Origin: Camelus ferus
Lineage: Eukaryota
Reading direction: 5' to 3'
NCBI RefSeq assembly: GCF_009834535.1
Contig: NC_045717.1
Coordinates: forward strand, 19,778,001 to 19,842,000
DNA: 64,000 bases
In this document: one piece after another, positions 15,101 through 36,643 of the stretch
Numbering within the stretch: the first letter of the stretch is position 1
Layout: each line of letters begins with the position of its first letter
The notes under the pieces: generated by a model
What the model was told of the DNA's origin: nothing
Seen by the model: only the letters and a program-made list of their open reading frames with translations
Database searches by the model: none
Translations under genes and position numbers: made by a program

Positions 15101-16802
15101 GCCAGCAGTTCCCAACCAAGGGCTGGGGGTTTCCAACCAAATGCGGAACTGTGGTCTGAACCACCAGCAGCTCCCAGCGTGGAACTAGTGATTCCAGACA
15201 AACGGGAAGCTGGCTGGAAAGCCAGTCAGATCGGGAGCTAGACACAAAGAGAACAGAGCTCAGAACTGACAGAACTTACCCACAGCCCGCAGCAACAGTA
15301 AGAAAGACAGTCAACTCAAAAAGGGGTTCATGGGTACCATGCCTGTGTTCCTTGTTGTCTCCAAATGCCATCAGAGGTTCACTTTGGATCCTGCCACTGC
15401 CACCAAATCTGTTGAAGAAACAAAATTCAACTGAGTATGTTTTAAAGGTCTAATTGGCTCTATTGAAGGATTGATGGCTCAGGCAATGTCCTATCTAGCA
15501 AGTAGAGGGGGCTCTGAAGGGCTACAGAAAGGGAAAGGTTTTTAAAGGCAGGAGAAGGATGTCATAAGCAGAAAAAAGGATTGTCTCAGATTAAGTCATC
15601 TCCCTTTTGGGGAGAAAAAGGTCTTACTAGGTGGGTAGCACTTCATTTGGGGCCTTGGAGAGGGCCCATGTGACAGACCACCTCATTGGTGCTGACTAGA
15701 AAATTCCTGACTGACCGGTTAAGAATACATTTCTGAGGGAGGCTGAAGCTCCAAGTAGGTTAGGTATTAAGCAAGCCCTGGTTTGGTGGCATGGCCTAGC
15801 ATAAGTGACTCCATTTTGGGCCTGTGGTTTTCTTTTTAACAATGGGAACGGGCCTCAGGTTGTGGGTTGGGGGCCCGGTGAAGTGCTTGCCCATTCTGAC
15901 GGTGGGGCTTGAGCATCCCTGACCCTGAGCTGGCCACAGGTACAAGCCCCCACCGAGTGAGTGTAACCCAGCCTTGGATGACCCGACGCCAGACTACATG
16001 AACCTGCTCGGCATGATCTTCAGCATGTGCGGCCTCATGCTTAAGGTGGGCAGGGTTGAGTTTCCTTCCATATTGCTCTGCCTGACAATGGGGCAAGGGG
16101 CGGGTTCAGAATGAAGCAGGACAAGAAATGAGAGGGCAGAGCCGGGGTGATGCCAGGTGGAGAAAGCCAGAGCTGTGGGCAAAGCCAGGGGTCTGGGTCA
16201 GGGTGGCTACATAGGAGGTGAGTCTGAGGTGGGGCCAGGCTTCAAAGCATTTGGAGGGGACTGGTGGAGAAAAGGTGGGGTCCTTAGGGTGATTGGGGGA
16301 TGTCAAGGGCCAGTCTTCTTAGGCCTGAGGGGTCATGGTGGGGTCAGAGATGCAGGACAGGAAGTAGGACCGGAAATCATGAACTTGGAGTCAGCTATGG
16401 GGGGCTGGGACTGAGGGACTCTTGGGGGTCAAGGTTTGAGCTGCACCAAGTGGAACTGGGGTTGGAACCAGTGCCTGGGAATGGCCTTTGTGGGGGCTCA
16501 CTGGGGTGCCCCTCACTGACCTAACCCACTCATCCACCTACGCAGCTGAAGTGGTGTGCTTGGGTCGCTGTCTACTGCTCCTTTATCAGCTTTGCCAACT
16601 CCCGGAGCTCTGAGGACACTAAGCAGATGATGAGTAGCTTCATGTGAGGCTGGGCCTGGATTGGGGGCCTCCTGGGTGAGGGGAGGGGGACCCCAAGCCT
16701 ATCCATCCTGGACTGACATCTCTCTCCCATCTCAGGCTGTCCATCTCTGCCGTGGTGATGTCGTATCTGCAGAACCCTCAGCCCATGACACCCCCCTGGT
16801 GA
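9101..16802 (+). CDS. WDR83OS: PAT complex subunit Asterix, 4 exons, 106 aa
   Basis: Exons: 9101-9150, 15940-16045, 16546-16643, 16736-16802, totalling 321 nt. Translation: [106 protein letters not shown]. Confidence 0.98.
9173..9612 (-). repeat. 3' LTR of the intronic ERV
   Basis: Colinear with 15410-15841, sharing blocks such as AAGTGACTCCATTTTGGGCCTGT and TTTTTAAAGGCAGGA. Confidence 0.9.
9720..10260 (-). pseudogene. env transmembrane-subunit remnant (ISD + CX6CC region)
   Basis: Minus-strand translation [38 protein letters not shown] is a degenerate gamma-type immunosuppressive domain. It has an in-frame stop upstream and no long ORF. Confidence 0.85.
10694..10826 (-). mobile_element. 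tRNA-Ala-derived SINE nested in the ERV env region
   Basis: SINE body flanked by a ~19-bp imperfect TSD: TGCAAATGCACTAAGATTT / TGCAAATGTTCTAAGATTT. Confidence 0.88.
12380..13300 (-). pseudogene. pro-pol (RT N-terminal/core) remnant of the intronic ERV
   Basis: Minus-strand translations give [14 protein letters not shown]...[31 protein letters not shown] and [10 protein letters not shown], interrupted by stops and frameshifts. Confidence 0.85.
14215..14310 (-). mobile_element. tRNA-Ala-derived SINE nested in the ERV gag region
   Basis: GGAGGTACTGGGAATTGAACCCAGGGCCTTGTGCATGCTAAGCATGCACTCTGCCACTTGAGCTACACCCTCCC. Confidence 0.88.
15388..15405 (-). other. Primer-binding site, tRNA-Leu(AAG/TAG)-like
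   Basis: The minus strand reads TGGTGGCAGTGGCAGGAT. The expected complement of the tRNA-Leu 3' end is TGGTGGCAGCGGTGGGAT (15/18 match). It lies 4 nt from the 5' LTR. Confidence 0.75.
15410..15841 (-). repeat. 5' LTR of the intronic ERV
   Basis: TG...CA termini, homology to 9173-9612 and an adjacent PBS. Confidence 0.9.
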
Positions 16803-17117
16803 TGGCAGCCTAGAAGGGTTACATCCCAGACCCCTCTATCCACCTTGCCCTCAGCCTGGCCCTTGGCTGTTCAGCTTCCTGCCCTCAGCTGAAGTCCTGG
16901 GCTCCCCTGGGTGAGGTAGTCTCATGGCCTGCAGCTGGATGGAGGGAACCTGGCCCTGGCCCTGGGATCCCACTTTTGCCGGGGCAGGGTGGGTGGGCAG
17001 AGAGGGGAATCCCCTAGGCCTACCCCTCCCGCCTTCCCTCCCCACCCTGCCTGCTGCTGGGGGAGACGCTGTCCATGTTTCTAGGTGTATCCACTCATTT
17101 TCCTGTTGAAACCAGTT

Positions 17118-17123
17118 AATAAA
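17118..17123 (+). terminator. WDR83OS polyadenylation signal AATAAA
   Basis: AATAAA ~315 nt after the stop, followed by a T/GT-rich element. Confidence 0.75.
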
Positions 17124-17619
17124 GTTTTGCATTCTGGCTGTTCTCTGTGACTTCTCTCTCCTTATGTGTATGGTGGGTGTTCCTAGTAGGGAGAAGGGCT
17201 CCAGTTCCTCCACTCAGGCCTGGGCTGGGGGCCCCAGTCTGGAACCTTTTTGGTAGTTCATTTATTTCACAAGCCTGGAGCCTAAAGTCAGCTGCCAGAG
17301 ACAGAACAGTGATCCCTGCCCTCTGGCTGCTCAGCAGATAGCCCTGCTGATCTAAGGAATCTGGGCTTTGGTTTTCTTGTCAGAGGAATGAGGTAATGTC
17401 AGCAAATAGGATGGACCTGTAGGGACTAGGAAAGATAGGAGACTGAGTTCTCTCCCACATGTCAGGCTCTCACTCCTCACCGGAAGACACCGGTATCTCT
17501 CCCAACAAGACTGGATGCCTCCCCTTCCCAGCACTGTAAGGGCAATTCCTTTACTCAACGTCTCAAACCATAGGACGGAACAGGGCCCCCATTAATCTCT
17601 GCTCCTGGCCAATCTAGGT

Positions 17620-18022
17620 CCCTCACGGACCTCAGCCCTGAAGGTCAACGGAATACTCTAAGATCCTAGACATACTCCACCTCGAAGGCAAACCCAGCAC
17701 CCGTAGGAAATCTGAGACCTTTACGCCCACGGGGACAGTAGGGCATCCAGAGGCCACTTGGAGACGACTAGACGCTAAATGTTCCTCTGGCCAAATCGGA
17801 CGCACCCCGAGGGTGGGGCGCACCTTATCGCCTGTCTGCCCTCCTAGATCCCCCAGCGGTACCCCTAGGCACGGCCGCCGGGGTCTCGTGATGCTCCAGG
17901 CCGCGCCCTAGCCCCGCCCCTGCCAGCGCCCATTGGCCAAACAGAGTCCTGGGGGGCGGGGCGTTGGCCCCGCCTAGCCGGGCCCGGGAAACCCCTGGAG
18001 GCAGTGTGGAGGCGGCAGAGCC
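17620..18022. promoter_or_regulatory. MAN2B1 CpG-island promoter
   Basis: High CpG density, GC boxes (GCCCCGCCCC, GGGGCGGGGC) and CCATTGGCC (inverted CCAAT) upstream of ATG 18023. Confidence 0.75.
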
Positions 18023-31960
<13,938 letters not shown>

Positions 31961-32066
31961 ACCTGCCGGGGACAAGGTGCCCCCTTCTGAGCCTGAGCCT
32001 ACTCCTCCAGGGGAGTCACAAACTCTCCCCCTTCTCTTGCTGCTGTTGCTACCACCAACAAAAGCC

Positions 32067-32072
32067 ATTAAA
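32067..32072 (+). terminator. Likely MAN2B1 polyadenylation signal (ATTAAA variant)
   Basis: ATTAAA ~105 nt after the stop, with a GT-rich element at ~32100-32125. Confidence 0.65.
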
Positions 32073-32639
32073 ATGCCCCTACCAAGACTCAGGTTAAGGT
32101 GTGACTGAGTGTGGGTTTTCATTTTTCAATGGAATTTATGACCCAGAAAGGTCAGCAAACCTTAGCTGACCCTTGACCCGAGGCCTTGCAGGCCTGAATC
32201 CTCACCCCAGGGTCTACGCTGTTCATACCCCACCTCACTCACCAGTTTGTTCTCCACTCCTGCTTCACTCCTTCGTCCACTCAGGCTGTGACACAGCTGT
32301 TTGAGAAGCCATCGAGGGCAGGCTTTTGCTGGACCTGGGCTGGGAAAGCCAGACATACCTTGGGGCCTTCCAGACTCTGTCTTGGGGCCCTGAGGGCAAG
32401 GAATCTGGGAGGTCCTGGGGGTGGGTGGAATTACCCAAAGCCGGATCTTGGACAGAAAGGCTGGAGCTGTGGGCCTCCCAGGAGACAGACAGAGGGGCTG
32501 CCATGTCCTAGTATGTTCTTGAGTCTTACAGAGGCAGGAGATCTTGGGATGAAACCTGAGATTTAGGGTTGAAAGGAGGTGACCTATCCTCCAGTTTGTA
32601 GAGTCTGGTATGGGTCCTTTGAAGTCGTATGGGGGCTAG

Positions 32640-35470
32640 GAGGGCATGCCAAGCCCACCTGCAGCCCCTGTGGGGACCAGTGTTTGGATGCTTGGGCCCC
32701 TGATTGTTAGAGGTGCCTCCAGAAAATATTTGTAAGTCTCCCTTGATGGGGAACATGCATGAGCCTGGGCCAGCTTAGAACCCCTAGGCAGATCACAGAT
32801 GGTCTAGTTGTTGGATGTGCCTCTTGAAAAGTTTTCTAAGTCTCCCCCTAAAATGATAGACCAGAGAGGCCCAAGGAGGGCACCCCAGTCTAGCTGCCAT
32901 CCTGCATGGGGTCCAATCACTGGATGTATCTGCCTCAAACTTTTAAGTTTCCTTCCAAAAGGGGAAGGCAGCAGAGCCAGGCAGGGTAGTCTGGGGCATG
33001 TGCCCCAGGGCCATCTCCTGTCCTTCGGGCCCCAACATAGGTGCCCACCAAAATTGCTTCTGAGTTTTCCTCTGGTGGCAGGGATCGGGCTGGGCCAAGC
33101 AGTGTGCCCCAGGGATGGCATCTCATGTCCGGTCATCCATGTGCTTTCTGAAAATATATCCAAATCCCGGGCATTGTCCAAGGAGACCCCTGGAGGTGGT
33201 CCTGGGTCCTTCCTCCATCCTGCATGGAGCACAATACCGGTGCATTCCTGTAAACCTCTCTAAGGTGTCCTTGGTAGTGGGGACAGGCTAGCCAGAGAGA
33301 CTCAGGGTGGGCACCCAGGCCAGGCTGTGGTTCTGCACAGGTCCTGGTATTGGATTCATGACACTTGCTTGTGCCTCCTGAAAACATCCGTGTCCTCATC
33401 CAAAGGGGAGGCACTGGCCTGGGCTGGACAACTTGGCCCACCCACAGGCTCAGGTGCTGTCAGTCTTGGATCTCAGTTATTGGGACACCTGAAAAGTTTA
33501 TGTGACTTTCTGTGGAGGCCAGGACCGGCCTGGGCCAGACATGGAGGCCCAAGGGTGTGGCAACCTGGTTGCTGTCTAGAGTGGGTCCCTGTTGGCAGAA
33601 GCATCCCCCTCAAACATTTCTAAATCCTGGTCCAGTGTGGACAGGCTCCGGGCCCGCTAGGAAGTTCTGGGTCGGGACCTCGGCATGCCAATGGTTTTGT
33701 GTGAGGCTCTGTCTTAGGAAGTGCCTGGCAAAAATGTTTCTAGTTCTCTCTGGTGGTGTGGACAGGACTGGATGGGCCAGCGTGTCCTGGGAAGTGTGAC
33801 TGTGGCCTGGCTGCCATCCTTTTGTGCCCTGGTCAATGCATTCTTCTACCCTGAGCAGGGGCACCGGCCTAGACTGGCAGAGAGGCTGGGTGAAGTCACC
33901 CAGGCCCATGGTGGCCCTCCTTCAGTGCCAGCCTTTAAGATTGCCTCCTATAAAGATTTCTAAGTCCTCCTCACTAGGACAGTGCCGACCCAGGCTGGGT
34001 AGGAATGCCCACAGCTTATGTGGGGCCTGGACTGAAGATGTGCCTGGGCCAAGCAGGGAGGGTGCCCCAGGTCCACCCAGTGACCCACTTAAGGCCTAGT
34101 CACTGGAGGCACTCCCAAAAATGTTTCTAAGTCCCCTTGAGAAGGCTGGACCAGCTGGGACAGCCGTGGAGGCTGAGGGGGGCACCAGAGGCCCACTATC
34201 GTTGTGCTTATGGGCCTCATTTTCAGAGGTGCCCCCTTTGTTGGTGGGGCCAGGAAGTCATCCAGAGGCAGGCACCCAGACAGGACTGTTGGCACTGTGC
34301 CTCTCGAGTTTCCCAGTCCCCCTCTGGGTGAGGGCCACTGGCCTGGGCTTAGAGGGCTCCCCAGTGCTACCTGTAGACACCTGGGTGGCCCAGTTGCTAG
34401 ATCTGCTTCTCCCCTCTATTTTTCTAAATCTCCCCCGGGAGGAGGATTCTGGTCCTAGCCACCGAGGGAAGCCTCAGGGAGGGTGTTCTGGCCCCACCCA
34501 TGCTCACAGGTGGGCCCTATTCATCACATATGCTTCTGGAAAATGTTTCCAACTCCTCTCTAGCGAGGCAGTGACCAGGCTAGGGACCACCTTCGAGGGT
34601 AGCCAGGGCTTGGGGGGGAAGTCCTGTGTGGGGATGGGTCACCAGATGTGCTTCCTGAAAATTTAAGCCCTCTTGGGAGGAAGAGACTAAACTGAGATGG
34701 CCTGGGAGGCCCGTGGAGAAGGCTGAGACAGCCTTCTGTGCAGCCTCAGCAGCCACTTGTCCATGTGAGTCTGGGTCATTGGGGGTGCCTCCTGAAAAAT
34801 GTCTAAGTCCTCCTTGGGGGCTGAGAACAGCACTGGCCACCCAAGGAGTTCTGTGGACGGTGCTCCGGGCCCACCAGGCCACCCTGGGCTGCTGCGGGCC
34901 GAGGGTAGGTACATTGTTCGAGTGAGACCCAGAAGAGGTGGCGTGAGGAGGGGTGGGGGCAGTGTCCAGGCCAGTTGTCGGGCGCAGTCTGGTGGCCGCT
35001 TTTTATATCACCCTCGGAGCTCCGCTGCAGCGGGCGTGGGATGGACTCCCAACAGCCAAGCCCAAGGACAAGTTCCATCAACCTGGCAGCGCTGCCACAC
35101 ACTCCACCTCCGAACAGGCTTCTCTGATATTGTCACTGCAGTGTAGAGGAGAGTGGCATCTGGGAACTGCCCAGGTGAGCTGACTGCACACGGAGATCCC
35201 CTCCACCAGGTGATCAGGGTATGGCGCCCTGTGCTCGGCTGCATTCCCACCTGGTGTCCGGTTGTTGGGAGTGCTTCCTGAGAATCTTTCTAGGTCCCCG
35301 TCTTGAGGCCAAGATTGTGCCAGGCACTGCTGCCAGATGTGCGTCCAGAAAATTTTCTCTTCCGAAGAAGGGATAGGGAGGCCCAGAGAAGGCCTCCAAT
35401 GTCCAACTGCAGTTACACTGGGGCTTGTTTTTGGACACTCCTCCCAAAACTTTATAAGCCTTCCACCAGT
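32640..35470. repeat. Degenerate GC-rich tandem array, ~100-130-bp unit, about 20+ copies
   Basis: Core GTGCCTCCTGAAAA(A)TGTTTCTAAGTC(C/T)CC recurs near 32713, 32817, 32926, 33041, 33141, 33240, 33371, 33482, 33600, 33721, 33941, 34108, 34297, 34403, 34530, 34648, 34785, 35271, 35339 and 35434. A second block, GG.CAGGACTGGCCTGGGCCAG, follows most cores. Confidence 0.85.
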
Positions 35471-36350
35471 GGCAGGGACCAACCCAGGCCAAACAGAGGG
35501 GTGCAGAGGTGGGCACCTTGGACCTGGTCAGGGTCCTCAGCAGATGCTTGATCTTCTAAAGTAGCTGCTGGAATTTTTTTTTTTTAAAAAACCCATTGAA
35601 TTGTAAGCTTTAAAGCAGTCCACTGTATAATATGTGTATTATGTCTCAATAAATCTGTTCAAATAAATAAGTATATTAAGAGTTTCCAGATACATCGTAA
35701 ATTTGCATAACATTTTATTTCTTTATTTTATAGCAGTAAAAATAAGAATTCGATTGCCTTAGGGATATTCTAGCTGTTTGCATTTCAAAGTTCTCTAGGG
35801 AAACACTAAAAAACGGATGTAAATTTCCTTGCAGTGTTAAATGTACACTTAAGAGTTTTATTGAACACACTTCATAGCTTGTGGTTGGTCTGAGAAGAGC
35901 CTGCATGCTCAGGATAGGGCTGTGTGTTCAAACTTCCAGCAGAGCCAAGTTCTCTCGAGGCCATGGGATCTTTATCTAAAATAACAAATCTGTGGGAGTA
36001 GGGAAGGAATGGGTGGAAGCCTCAACGCTGTAAACGGTGAAGGATGAAAATGGTCAGGTAATTTTTAAGTTTGTAAACAAGGGTCACAGTTTCATGAGTA
36101 GGTAGCCTCGAAACATTATCCCAAGACCCTGACTGTTCTAGTTCTAGTCTGGCCCGGCCTGGGTGCTCCTCTTGCTCTGGACTAGGGCGTCCCTCCATTT
36201 GGAAACTGGCACTTGAATTCCATGTGCACACTTGTTTCCCGCTTTCAGAAGGTGCTGCAGCTTGCTACCAAGGGTGGAGAACGAATTCTAATTAAATACA
36301 AACATCCCCAGCTGGGACAGACTCCGGCCCGCGATACCGGGCCGGAGGTG

Positions 36351-36367
36351 GGGGGGGGTGGGGGGGT

Positions 36368-36402
<35 letters not shown>
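36351..36402 (+). repeat. Poly-G tract (35 uninterrupted G at 36368-36402)
   Basis: Directly visible. Confidence 0.95.
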
Positions 36403-36403
<1 letters not shown>

Positions 36404-36409
36404 GGGGCC

Positions 36410-36643
36410 CGGGGCGGGGGCGGAGCCTTGAGAGCTGCCCAATCAGGGACGCTGCTGCGGAAGGTGGGTGGGGCGACGCTCCGTAAACGGCGTTGGCTCT
36501 CCTACTTCGCGTCTCAGCTGACTGACGGCGTCTGGTGGCGCTGCCGCTCGCTCTGTCGCGCTGCGACAGGCACCAGCCGCGGGAGCCGCCGTGGGAGCCG
36601 TTGGGACGACTCCGGGGGACGCGGGAGCCGGGAAATGGTGAGT
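36410..36643 (+). promoter_or_regulatory. KRAB-ZNF-type CpG-island promoter and ATG-only first exon, with no + strand KRAB/finger exons found in the window
   Basis: GC box and CCAAT box (GCTGCCCAATCAGGG, 36434-36448), then GAGCCGGGAAATG|GTGAGT (ATG 36635-36637). This is the exon-1 architecture of the 19p13.2-type KZNF family and matches 58064-58082 on the minus strand. Confidence 0.75.

Larger units (their letters stand above)
9173..15841 (-). mobile_element. Decayed, internally deleted ERV1 (gamma-like) provirus inside WDR83OS intron 1
   Basis: Two homologous ~435-bp LTRs (TGTT...AATA/AACA) flank the element. A PBS lies next to the right LTR and a purine-rich PPT-like stretch next to the left LTR. 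The minus strand carries RT remnants (YVED at 12421-12432; PQGFTEAP) and an env TM remnant. Candidate 4-bp TSD: ATAG (9169-9172) / ATGG (15842-15845). Confidence 0.92.

Noticed and set aside
14823-15245. Four overlapping ORFs of 93-140 aa
   Set aside because: They arise from the stop-poor tandem repeat in the ERV leader and have no gag homology.
32640-35470. CRISPR-like reading of the conserved-core/variable-spacer array
   Set aside because: This is mammalian DNA with no cas genes. The spacers are ~80 bp and homologous to each other, and the cores are too degenerate. It is a tandem repeat.
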